A model generated the notes under the pieces. The model worked only from the letters and a program-made list of their open reading frames with translations. It did not search any database and was not told the DNA's origin. The position numbers and the translations under genes are program-made. Shown piece by piece: positions 18,038 through 26,625 of a DNA stretch of 39,210 bases. Every line of letters begins with the position of its first letter. The stretch's first letter is position 1. This stretch comes from Minisyncoccota bacterium (GTDB taxonomy: Bacteria > Patescibacteriota > Minisyncoccia > Phycocordibacterales > GCA-2747955): contig JAHDDI010000001.1 in assembly GCA_020629435.1 (NCBI GenBank), positions 1 through 39,210 of the forward strand. Reading direction: 5' to 3'.

Positions 18038-18779
18038 AAAAAATGTCTCTTATGTACTGTACTAATTGTGCTCGAGCTTTTTCTTCAAAATTGTGGTCTC
18101 CGTCTATCTCTGAAAAAATTACCCGATCAAGTTCTTTGATCAGTTCGGGTCGGTTTTCAATCACTGTATCTTGTTTTGCTTGTAGAACGTATAAATCACC
18201 TGTAACTTGTGCGTATTGATCTAATGGAATATAGCTTTGCAATTCAGTAAAAAATGACGCAGCGATATGAGTACGGGCACTATCACTTCTCTCTGCAATG
18301 ATATCTCCGTTGGCCTCAATAAGCGTGCCTGGTTTTTGGGTAAAATATTCTTGCAGTCGCTGAGATACGGGTGTGATAGATGGAGCCAAAAGTATTTTAT
18401 ACCCATCAAATTGACTGAAAACAGATGACGCTACTAACCCACCCAGACTATGGGCAATCAAATGCACCGTCAGTGGTTTATAGTGCGCTTGTACATGTTC
18501 CACAACTGTTGCGATTGTTTTTTGCATTACTTCATACGAACCTATTATTGTGTCCCCATTCTCTAATACCTGTGAATAATCAAAACGAACACAGAGATAG
18601 TCTGGCATTAGTTCCTGTTCGATATCAATGAACATACCTCGGCTGTCTCGCCCCACACCAAATCCATGAGAAAATACTACAACTTCTTTCGCAGTAGCAG
18701 GTCCTGCTACTTCGACTGTTGTAGTGAATTCATCTGTAATTTTTAGTTGATATTGTTTATTCATTTCGTAATATTTCAT
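18027..18779 (-). CDS. Alpha/beta-fold hydrolase (250 aa)
   Basis: Nucleophile elbow AHSLGG. It overlaps the downstream TrmH-family gene by 11 nt. Confidence 0.75.
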   Translation of the reverse strand: MKYYEMNKQYQLKITDEFTTTVEVAGPATAKEVVVFSHGFGVGRDSRGMFIDIEQELMPDYLCVRFDYSQVLENGDTIIGSYEVMQKTIATVVEHVQAHYKPLTVHLIAHSLGGLVASSVFSQFDGYKILLAPSITPVSQRLQEYFTQKPGTLIEANGDIIAERSDSARTHIAASFFTELQSYIPLDQYAQVTGDLYVLQAKQDTVIENRPELIKELDRVIFSEIDGDHNFEEKARAQLVQYIRDIFYGE

Positions 18780-18862
18780 TTAATAATTCTGGAAACTCTT
18801 CGGTACCTAGACTAGTAGATGATTGCATTTTTCATTACTAGAATAATAACACAGACCCACTG

Positions 18863-18891
18863 TTGGCAATTTGTAAAAAAATTGTTACAAT
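18863..18891 (+). promoter_or_regulatory. Sigma-70 promoter for tRNA-Lys
   Basis: TTGGCA-N17-TACAAT with an extended TGn. The -10 ends 17 nt before the tRNA 5' end. Confidence 0.55.
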
Positions 18892-18908
18892 CCCGACACA
18901 ATTTATAT

Positions 18909-18981
18909 CCTCCTGTAGCTCAGTCGGTAGAGCAGCAGCCTTTTAAGCTGACGGTCGTAGGTTCGAACCCTACCGGGAGGA
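18909..18981 (+). tRNA. tRNA-Lys (anticodon UUU)
   Basis: Hand-folded cloverleaf. Acceptor CCTCCTG/CGGGAGG; D arm GCTC-AGTCGGTA-GAGC; anticodon loop CTTTTAA; T arm GTAGG-TTCGAAC-CCTAC. No encoded CCA. Confidence 0.93.
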
Positions 18982-18994
18982 CAAGTTAATGGAG

Positions 18995-19016
18995 ACGCTC
19001 TTGGTGAGTGTTTTTA
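18995..19016 (+). terminator. Candidate terminator after tRNA-Lys
   Basis: ACGCTC-TTGGT-GAGTGT (one G-U pair) followed by TTTTATT. Confidence 0.45.
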
Positions 19017-19952
19017 TTATTTTAATAAAATATTATTTGCTTTCTCAAAAAATATTTTTGTCCGTCTTTGTGATCCCCATAAAAGTATCCTTGTTCTTAA
19101 TTTCAATGTGGGTGATTGCTGAGTTCTGTGTTTAGTTAATTCTGTTTGTCCAGCATTTATCATATTCTTTGTCCAAATCTCTAGCCCTGGTGACTGGGCG
19201 ATGAATTTTTTTATTTTCTTTAAACGCTGCGACATTGAGATGTCTTGTATCTCTTCGAGATCTTTCGCAAGATTGATTATTTCAGTGCCATTACATACAT
19301 ATTCTTTTGGGATATTTATCAAACCTTCGGCAACATCTTCAACAACATCTCTTAATAAATAAAAGTGAAGTCGACCAGCCTTAACTAAAGGCCAAAAAGA
19401 TTCTAATTTCTCATGCGCTTCGCCAAAAATTTCAAATATTAAAGCAAATATACCTTCAAATTCCATTTGGCAAACATATTCTTCTATTTCTTTGTCTGTA
19501 CGCCAAATTAGTTCTCCATTCTGTGCACTAGTGCGTCTTTGCGCATCCTGATAAACACACGTGAAAATATTTATGAACGCCTGTCTAATGATTTGAGTAT
19601 CCCTTCCCAAGGTCTGAGCTATATCGCATATATGCTGCAGTAAATGTTCGTTATCAGTATGAGGTTCTCTGTCTGTTTCTAGAAAATCTAAAATTTCTAA
19701 CAAGTGTCTTTCTCCAACTATACTATCTCCTTCATCCGCAACATCGTCCACTGTACGTACAACTACATAAGCCATTTCATACATACGCATTACCTGTAGT
19801 TTGTCTGTGACCCATGCAACTATCGGAGAAAAACGTAACATCATCAAATCACTCATTGCGGTAAAGGGATATTTAAAAGAATTTACTGAATCATAACAAG
19901 ATTTTCTTTTGGTTGGATAAAAATCCTTTAGAGGTTTTAATTTTGATCTCAT
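19017..19952 (-). CDS. Squalene/phytoene synthase-family (head-to-head prenyl-diphosphate condensing) protein (311 aa)
   Basis: Two Asp-rich motifs typical of the family: YVVVRTVDDVADEGD and LLRDVVEDVAEGLINIPKEY. The call is by motif only. Confidence 0.55.
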   Translation of the reverse strand: MRSKLKPLKDFYPTKRKSCYDSVNSFKYPFTAMSDLMMLRFSPIVAWVTDKLQVMRMYEMAYVVVRTVDDVADEGDSIVGERHLLEILDFLETDREPHTDNEHLLQHICDIAQTLGRDTQIIRQAFINIFTCVYQDAQRRTSAQNGELIWRTDKEIEEYVCQMEFEGIFALIFEIFGEAHEKLESFWPLVKAGRLHFYLLRDVVEDVAEGLINIPKEYVCNGTEIINLAKDLEEIQDISMSQRLKKIKKFIAQSPGLEIWTKNMINAGQTELTKHRTQQSPTLKLRTRILLWGSQRRTKIFFEKANNILLK

Positions 19953-19953
19953 A

Positions 19954-20535
19954 TTACTTATTCATTTGCCAATCTTGGATTGTCTCTGATGGTGCAGTTA
20001 AATTAATGATATTCAGTGTCAGATTATCCCGTACTATATATGCTGTTGCGATTTCAAAAACTAGTACAATCGCAACAGTTACCCATATTTTGTTTTTTTG
20101 CGCCAAGACAAAACCACCAATCATGGCTATGGTATCAGAAATTGAATTAATAATACTGTCACCAGTATATCCCTGCGCCAATGCAGTCTGTCGGTAATGG
20201 TCGATAACCATTGGTGTATTTTCCAACAATTCCCATGATACTTCTAATGCAAGTGCGATAAACAATTTATAAGACACCGATTTTTTTGGAAATAGTAAAC
20301 TCAATATGCCGTAAAAAATAATTCCATGTAGTATGTGTGAAAAGGTATACCAATCAAACAGGTGTTGTGAATTGTCAGAAGAAAAAATATCTCCTGCCCA
20401 TATTTTTATATAACCGCACTCACACAATACAGGTTGTCCAAATAAAAATAAAATCAGAGCTTGGGTCACCAATGCCACAGTTGTAAAAATACATACAAGT
20501 TTCATGTCTTTAGTATAAACCAAAACATCGCACAT
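19954..20535 (-). CDS. DUF2585/UPF0314-like integral membrane protein (193 aa)
   Basis: CECGYIKIWAGDIFSSDNSQHLFDWYTFSHILHGIIFYG resembles the conserved core of UPF0314 proteins. It has multiple TM segments. Confidence 0.55.
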   Translation of the reverse strand: MCDVLVYTKDMKLVCIFTTVALVTQALILFLFGQPVLCECGYIKIWAGDIFSSDNSQHLFDWYTFSHILHGIIFYGILSLLFPKKSVSYKLFIALALEVSWELLENTPMVIDHYRQTALAQGYTGDSIINSISDTIAMIGGFVLAQKNKIWVTVAIVLVFEIATAYIVRDNLTLNIINLTAPSETIQDWQMNK

Positions 20536-20549
20536 GCGATGTTTTGTTA

Positions 20550-23500
20550 TTAGTTTATGGTAAACGATGCGGTCTTCTCTACTCTACTGCCGTCTGTTTT
20601 TTCAATAATTACCTTGACCGTGTTTGTTTGTTTTAAGTCCCGTATAGAGTCTAGGTTTACCCGCACAGAATTTTTCCGATAATTACCAGATTCTATGTAC
20701 GAATTATTTACATAATAATATATAGTTTCTGCTTCTGTTGCGTCACCAGTCAATGAGATTGTGATAAATATTTTCTCGTCTGAACTAGTGATTAGGCCTG
20801 GTTGAGGTGAGGTAATAGAAAATCCAAATGGCTCATCTTCTTTGGGTTGTGGATCATCGTTATCGTCTGTATTACCTTGTGCCTCATCGATTAAATCAAT
20901 TAGTTCGTTTATTGTTGAACTTGAAAATTCTGTAACCCATCCTTGTGCCTGTGTCCATGTCTCTACACCATATTCAAAGTTTTCGTACAATGAATCAGCG
21001 CCTGGATTTGGTGTTCCATTTTGTGGGTTCGATTTATTAACCAAGTGCAATATTGAATGATACACACTTCTTCCAATACGCTGATAGATACCTGCTTCAA
21101 TTTCTTCTTCGGTTGGGTTTGGAATTGTCTCTCCTGTTTCTGGGTCGATATATGTCACACCTCCCTGTTCGTAATTACCCAACAATACTGATGGCCATGA
21201 TGATGTATCTCCAAGAGAATAATTTGGAAACGGTTTTGCCCCATAGGTCTTCAGTGCTGCGTCCATTGCAGAGCGCCATACCGGACCAACAACACTAGAA
21301 GATGGCGCACGCGACATGGGAGTGTTGTCGTTGTTTCCAGCCCACACACCAACAGTGATATCACTTGAATATCCAATAGTCCATACGTCACGGAAATTAT
21401 TAGTTGTTCCTGTTTTAACAGCTACCGGTGTGTTTCCGTAATACAGTCGTGAACTCTGCCCAAACACAGGTCGCTTTGCGTTGTCGTCAGAGAGAATATC
21501 GTTAATCATTGCTGCTACATTTGCAGAGAGAACTTGTTCTTCTTCTTCTGTAAACTCGTCGACAATTTCTCCTGACTGATCAACTACTGACTCCCATGCT
21601 GCTATTTGATGTCGCTTACCGTTGTTTGCAAAAGTACTATATGCGTTAACCATTTCCAACAACTGCACTTCACCACCACCAAGAACCAAGTTTAGTCCAT
21701 AAAAATTTGGTGACCTGGTTAAGCTACTAATACCTAAATCACGAGCCAAAGCCATAGCATCACTAATTCCAGTTAAATACAGTGCTTTCACCGCAGGAAT
21801 ATTAAGTGACCCTGCAAGTGCGCCTCGAATGGTCATGGGACCACGATATGTTTTGTCATAGTTTTGTGGTGAATAACATCTGTCTTTATATTGTGGTAAC
21901 TGTGGGGTTCCGTCGGGATAGCAACTGGTAGAAAACTCTGTAGGGGTGTCCCACAAAATAGTTTCAGGTGTGTACCCCTTTGCAAATGCGCTCGCATATA
22001 CAAATGGTTTGAATGTAGACCCCGGCTGTCGCAGTGCTGTAGCGATGTTAAATTTCCCGTCTATGTCTTCTGCAAAATAATCCTTAGACCCCACCATGGC
22101 TTTAATTTTTCCGGTACTATTTTCTATTGCGACCACTGCCAAGTTAGACGCGCCATACTGTGTTCCCAATCTTTCTGATTCAGTTGCGACTATTTCTTCT
22201 AGCTCTTGTTGTAGTTCCCAATCTAAGGTTGTTTGGATCTGGTATCCACCTAAATTTAGTGCTTCTTCTTCAGTAGATAATTTTTGGTCTAATTGTTCTA
22301 AAACATAAAATACAAAATGGGGGGCCTTAATACCTTTGTCTACTCGTTCTGTGAACACCACATCCTCTGATGCAGCTTGTTGGTATTGTGATTCGGTAAT
22401 ATATCCCAAGCTTCGCATTCGCCCTAAAATAAACTGTTGTCTTCCGTCAAATCGTGCCCTGTTATTTAAATATGTTGTTGGCGCTTTGGGTAGGGCCGCT
22501 AAATATGCAGATTCAGCAATTGACAGATCAATTGCTTTTTTGCCAAACATATTTAAACTCGCTTGTTCAACACCGTAAATAGGACCACCAAAAGCAATTT
22601 CATTGAGGTAAATTTCTAAAATTTGGTCTTTGGTTTTTTGCTTTTCTAATTTTCTTGCCAACACAACTTCTTTTACTTTTCGTTCTATTTTTCGGTCTGC
22701 ATTAAGTAGTGTATTTTTTATCACCTGCTGCGTAATTGTCGAACCACCACCACGGGGGCAGACTCCACCAAATGTGTCCATTTGTACTACCCGCGATATC
22801 TCGTAACATACTCCACGCAAAATGGCCGAAACATCATATCCTCCATGAGAATAAAATTCGTCGTCCTCGGTTGCCAGAATTGCTTTTTGCATGTTTGGCG
22901 AAATTTTATCCAAAGTCACAGTAGTTCGCTTTTCATCTTTAAACACATCGTACAGTAATACTTCCCCGGTAGCGTCGTATATTTTTGTTGATTGAGACCC
23001 CAGCACGTCATCAATATTACTTGCTGGAATTTCTAGTGTCGCCACCCATATAAAAAATATTCCCATGGCAACAAAACCAATTACAAAACCCCCTAAAATG
23101 ATGTTTTTTAACCATCGCCACAACCAAAACGATTGTTGTCGCGAATTATTTTTATTTCTTTTTTTGGGTAGATATTTTTTGATCATAGCTTTTATGTTGG
23201 CATTTCGTGACGGCACAACAATGTTATTTTGTTTTGGAACACGGGGATTTTCTTGTGCACCTGTAGTAATTATTTCTTTTTGTACACTCTGAGAGATATA
23301 TGTTTTTGCATCTGTTGCTAATTTGGCAATATGGGCCATTGGCGCTGCAACAAAAGCAAGCGAAGGTAGTGTTGGCTGCGGAGTATTAACAGTGAAATTG
23401 CATTTTGAAATAGATCGCACGCAAACATGAGCCTGCCTTAATAATACTACAGATGACTGCAAAAATAATTTCGAATATGTTGTTTTAATAACAGTGGCAA

Positions 23501-23891
23501 GACTTGTCTTGGTTGCAGACGACTTTGCTTCTTTGGTTTGTGCATTTTTTGCTACTTCCTGAGTTGTTTTGTTTTTCGGGAATTGCACATGCACATGTGG
23601 CTTTGATGTTTCAGTGGTAGCGGTATTTTTTGTATCAGCCTGTGTTTCAGGGTCTCGTAAATCAAGCACATGGCTAGACCCATTTGATTCAACTGATGAT
23701 AAAGATATATTTTCTGCAACTTGCTTGTGCGCTCGTTTGTTTAATTTGGCCACAGAAGTCACCGATTTTACTTCGTTTACAACAATATTTCCTGTAGTTG
23801 AAATACATAGCCATGCCCAATGAGCCATTCTATCGGTGATTGATTTTCTGTTCTTTATTCGACGTGGTCGCCTGGGTAATTGATGATTCAT
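20550..23891 (-). CDS. Class A penicillin-binding protein (glycosyltransferase GT51 + transpeptidase) with long N- and C-terminal extensions (1113 aa from the ATG; GTG at 23924 is the alternative start)
   Basis: GT51 motifs: EDDEFYSHGGYD, GGSTITQQ, RKVKE. Transpeptidase motifs: STFKPF, SLN, KTGTT. Confidence 0.9.
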   Translation of the reverse strand: MNHQLPRRPRRIKNRKSITDRMAHWAWLCISTTGNIVVNEVKSVTSVAKLNKRAHKQVAENISLSSVESNGSSHVLDLRDPETQADTKNTATTETSKPHVHVQFPKNKTTQEVAKNAQTKEAKSSATKTSLATVIKTTYSKLFLQSSVVLLRQAHVCVRSISKCNFTVNTPQPTLPSLAFVAAPMAHIAKLATDAKTYISQSVQKEIITTGAQENPRVPKQNNIVVPSRNANIKAMIKKYLPKKRNKNNSRQQSFWLWRWLKNIILGGFVIGFVAMGIFFIWVATLEIPASNIDDVLGSQSTKIYDATGEVLLYDVFKDEKRTTVTLDKISPNMQKAILATEDDEFYSHGGYDVSAILRGVCYEISRVVQMDTFGGVCPRGGGSTITQQVIKNTLLNADRKIERKVKEVVLARKLEKQKTKDQILEIYLNEIAFGGPIYGVEQASLNMFGKKAIDLSIAESAYLAALPKAPTTYLNNRARFDGRQQFILGRMRSLGYITESQYQQAASEDVVFTERVDKGIKAPHFVFYVLEQLDQKLSTEEEALNLGGYQIQTTLDWELQQELEEIVATESERLGTQYGASNLAVVAIENSTGKIKAMVGSKDYFAEDIDGKFNIATALRQPGSTFKPFVYASAFAKGYTPETILWDTPTEFSTSCYPDGTPQLPQYKDRCYSPQNYDKTYRGPMTIRGALAGSLNIPAVKALYLTGISDAMALARDLGISSLTRSPNFYGLNLVLGGGEVQLLEMVNAYSTFANNGKRHQIAAWESVVDQSGEIVDEFTEEEEQVLSANVAAMINDILSDDNAKRPVFGQSSRLYYGNTPVAVKTGTTNNFRDVWTIGYSSDITVGVWAGNNDNTPMSRAPSSSVVGPVWRSAMDAALKTYGAKPFPNYSLGDTSSWPSVLLGNYEQGGVTYIDPETGETIPNPTEEEIEAGIYQRIGRSVYHSILHLVNKSNPQNGTPNPGADSLYENFEYGVETWTQAQGWVTEFSSSTINELIDLIDEAQGNTDDNDDPQPKEDEPFGFSITSPQPGLITSSDEKIFITISLTGDATEAETIYYYVNNSYIESGNYRKNSVRVNLDSIRDLKQTNTVKVIIEKTDGSRVEKTASFTIN

Positions 23892-23946
23892 GGCAATAAA
23901 TTTGATATCAGTACTATACAACACAATAGTTATTTTTTCATCAAAA

Positions 23947-23972
23947 TAAAAACCCGTGTAACGGGTTTTTGT
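23947..23972. terminator. Bidirectional hairpin between the acidic repeat protein gene and the PBP promoter region
   Basis: AAAAACCCGT-GTA-ACGGGTTTTTG. Confidence 0.7.
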
Positions 23973-23990
23973 TTGATAATTGAGAATAGA

Positions 23991-24413
23991 TTATTCTTCA
24001 ATTTCTTCTACAACGTCCTCTACAATTTCCACTCCTTCTTCGGCCATTTCGGTTGCTGTTTCTTCTGCTCCTGTCACCATATCCATTGCATCACCGGCCA
24101 TATCTGCAACCGATTCTCCTGCGTCTTGAGCCATATCAACAGCACCTTCAACAACGTCTCCAACGGTGTCTGCAACAGCTTCTGCTCCATCCATAATCAT
24201 GTCTCCTGCTCCTGCTGCTACATCACCAGCCAGGTCTACTGCAGAACCTGCAGCTCCTACTACAGCGCCAGCTGCATCACCGGCCATATCTGCAACCGAT
24301 TCTCCTGCGTCTTGAGCCATATCAACAGCACCTTCAACAACGTCTCCTGCCATATCCATTGCATCACCGGCCATATCTTTAGTTTTTCCGAATAAATCTC
24401 CTAATAACGACAT
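23991..24413 (-). CDS. Acidic low-complexity repeat protein (140 aa from the ATG)
   Basis: MSLLGDLFGKTKDMAGDAMDMAGDVVEGAVDMAQDAGESVADMAGDA... ending in VEDVVEEIEE. The track's upstream extension (to 24485) is an AT-rich, unlikely leader. Confidence 0.6.
   Translation of the reverse strand: MSLLGDLFGKTKDMAGDAMDMAGDVVEGAVDMAQDAGESVADMAGDAAGAVVGAAGSAVDLAGDVAAGAGDMIMDGAEAVADTVGDVVEGAVDMAQDAGESVADMAGDAMDMVTGAEETATEMAEEGVEIVEDVVEEIEE
24087..24347. repeat. Two perfect 75-bp direct repeats (24087..24161 and 24273..24347), 186 bp apart and in frame, plus shorter nested copies
   Basis: TGCATCACCGGCCATATCTGCAACCGATTCTCCTGCGTCTTGAGCCATATCAACAGCACCTTCAACAACGTCTCC reads identically at both positions. CCATATCCATTGCATCACCGGCCATATCT also recurs at 24351..24379. 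Confidence 0.9.
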
Positions 24414-24493
24414 ATAAATATTATTACTTGTATTAATATACAAATTGTAGCACAGATGATTCATCTGTTTTTTCTTTGTACACAATCAAAAAA

Positions 24494-24511
24494 CGGGCAC
24501 CTAGGTGCCCG
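24494..24511 (-). terminator. Intrinsic terminator downstream of the 170-aa ORF
   Basis: CGGGCACCTAGGTGCCCG palindrome, followed by TTTTTT on the minus strand. Confidence 0.7.
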
Positions 24512-24521
24512 CTTTATGTGG

Positions 24522-25034
24522 TCAAGCATATCTTTGATCCAGCCATGCCTCAAAACAGAATATGGCTTTGCCCGAATCCGTATCGATAACAACCGGTAGC
24601 CGCCCTGACGCATAGTGTCTCGCACACACCCAGAACAGGTCAATCGCTGACATGATCAAACATTGGTAGTACCTAATAACATCATCAGGTTTCTGTTCTT
24701 GTAGTGCTGAAACGTCTTGAACCTGAAACTGCATACGAATGTCTGATTTTGAGTAACCATCATTTGCAGGCAGATCTATCTGGGCGCTACCGTATCTCTC
24801 GAACACACCACCTTGGAATTCGTTCTCAGGACCCAAAACTACTACTCCGTAGCACAAATCCATTTCGATTTCACTTTGGAAACCTAGCGCATCGACGATC
24901 ACCTGGGTTGTGGGCAGATCAGTAGGATATTTCAAATAGTCTCTGTGTATCCTCTGGACTCTGGTATGCACAAACGTGGGAAGCGGAATGGACAAGATGA
25001 GTGGATCAACTTGACCAGTGGTTACATCTGACAT
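24522..25034 (-). CDS. Hypothetical cytoplasmic protein (170 aa), GC-rich relative to neighbours, with a strong Shine-Dalgarno
   Basis: ORF track. AAGGAG (25042..25047, minus strand) lies 7 nt upstream of the ATG. No domain recognised. Confidence 0.75.
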   Translation of the reverse strand: MSDVTTGQVDPLILSIPLPTFVHTRVQRIHRDYLKYPTDLPTTQVIVDALGFQSEIEMDLCYGVVVLGPENEFQGGVFERYGSAQIDLPANDGYSKSDIRMQFQVQDVSALQEQKPDDVIRYYQCLIMSAIDLFWVCARHYASGRLPVVIDTDSGKAIFCFEAWLDQRYA

Positions 25035-25075
25035 TATAGTTCTCCTTCTTTGTATTAAGAGTAATGATAAAAAAA

Positions 25076-25576
25076 CTATTTGTCAAGTTTTGGCCGATAA
25101 TGTGCAAAAAATGTCAGTCCGCAGGCAATAGCGTCGTATTCGTCATCCAGTCGTTTGCCGTCGGGAATTTTGATTAAACGCTGTACCATATCAAATACTG
25201 CTCGTTTATCTGCGCGACCATTTCCAGCAACTGCCGACTTGATCTGCAATGGAGTAAATTCCATAATTTGTGCCTCGCTTTTTTGGGCTGCATATATAAT
25301 AATTCCCCGCGCTTGGGCTACTGCCATAGCTGTTTTTTGGTTGTTGGTAAAAAATAGTGTTTCAATTGCTAAATATTCTACGCTATATTCCGTACATAAC
25401 TGTTCGACTCGTTCTCCGACCTGTCGAAGGCGTTCGTTAATAGAATCGGATTTATCAGTGGTGAACGTTTCAGAATGCACCCAAACTTCACCAGTTCGCG
25501 CCCCAGGTGTGTAGTCCCGCTCTATAACAGCAATTCCAACACGATCATATCCAGGATCCACGGCAATTATTTTCAT
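25076..25576 (-). CDS. ruvC: Crossover junction endodeoxyribonuclease RuvC (166 aa)
   Basis: MKIIAVDPGYDRVGIAVIE, with RuvC-like catalytic acidic residues and typical length. Confidence 0.9.
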   Translation of the reverse strand: MKIIAVDPGYDRVGIAVIERDYTPGARTGEVWVHSETFTTDKSDSINERLRQVGERVEQLCTEYSVEYLAIETLFFTNNQKTAMAVAQARGIIIYAAQKSEAQIMEFTPLQIKSAVAGNGRADKRAVFDMVQRLIKIPDGKRLDDEYDAIACGLTFFAHYRPKLDK

Positions 25577-25580
25577 GTCT

Positions 25581-26621
25581 TTATTCTACTATTAGAACTT
25601 CTCGTTCCAAAGTGATTCCAAAATCTTTATGGACACGATTGATTATCATTTTACTGGCATGGTAAATTTCCTTTCCGTATTTGTCTGAAATTTTTGGGTC
25701 ATGTTTCTGGTTGTTTACTAACACTAGTGCGTGTTTTGGATACAAGAATTTTTCCCTAATTTTTTTATCTAATTTAGAATGTTCAATTAACCAACCTGCA
25801 GGGATGATTTTTTGGCCAGTTTGTTTATCAGAAAATACTGGCATTTCTTTGTACTGCTTTGACAGTCGTCTAACCATTTTTTCGTCTACTCGTGGATTTG
25901 CAAAGAATGACCCTGCAGTTCCAACCATATTCCAGTCTGGTAGTTTTGACTGCCGAATAGCGATAATTTCGTTGACAACATCTGTGGCCGTTAGTTCGTT
26001 ATTTTTTTGTAATTTTCTCAGTGGCTCATAGGTTAGTACAGGTGAGAATTGTTTAGATAAACGCAAACAAACTGACGTGACCACATATTGGCCGCGATTT
26101 TTTTTAAATATAGAATTTCTATACTCAAAATCACATTGTTCTCTTGTGTAGTCTGCAAACTGGAGAGTGTCTGCGTTTATAACAGCGACTGATGTAACTG
26201 TCTGTGATATTTCACTGTCGTAAGCACCAATATTTTGCACTACAGCACCACCTACTGTTCCCGGAATTAGTGCCATATTTTCTAATCCGTAGTATCCGTG
26301 CTCTGCACACCACAACACAGTGTCATGCCAAGACTCACCTGCGCCAAATTCAATAACAATTTCTGATTCGTTTTCACTAACAACAGAACGACCAGAAATA
26401 TTATTAGCGATAACCAACCCGTGAAATGTAGCAGTTGGTAGTATGTTTGAACCACCACCTAACACAAAAATATTTTGTGATTGGCCGCGAGCAATTTCCA
26501 AAACATCAACTAATTGTTGCCTATCTGTAACTGAAACAAAAAACTGCGCACGCCACGGCACACCAAAGGTATGCAATTCTCGCAGTTGTTTGTTTTGTTC
26601 TATTTCAAATGCAGGTAACAT
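25581..26621 (-). CDS. murB: UDP-N-acetylenolpyruvoylglucosamine reductase (346 aa)
   Basis: FAD-binding N-terminal FGVPWRAQFF...VLGGGSNIL and a MurB C-terminal domain. Confidence 0.9.
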   Translation of the reverse strand: MLPAFEIEQNKQLRELHTFGVPWRAQFFVSVTDRQQLVDVLEIARGQSQNIFVLGGGSNILPTATFHGLVIANNISGRSVVSENESEIVIEFGAGESWHDTVLWCAEHGYYGLENMALIPGTVGGAVVQNIGAYDSEISQTVTSVAVINADTLQFADYTREQCDFEYRNSIFKKNRGQYVVTSVCLRLSKQFSPVLTYEPLRKLQKNNELTATDVVNEIIAIRQSKLPDWNMVGTAGSFFANPRVDEKMVRRLSKQYKEMPVFSDKQTGQKIIPAGWLIEHSKLDKKIREKFLYPKHALVLVNNQKHDPKISDKYGKEIYHASKMIINRVHKDFGITLEREVLIVE

Positions 26622-26625
26622 ATAT

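Noticed and set aside
18812-18841. Imperfect palindrome CTAGTAGATG...CATTACTAG between the hydrolase gene and the tRNA-Lys promoter, as a possible operator
   Set aside because: The stem is only 9 bp with a bulge in AT-rich DNA, which is indistinguishable from chance.
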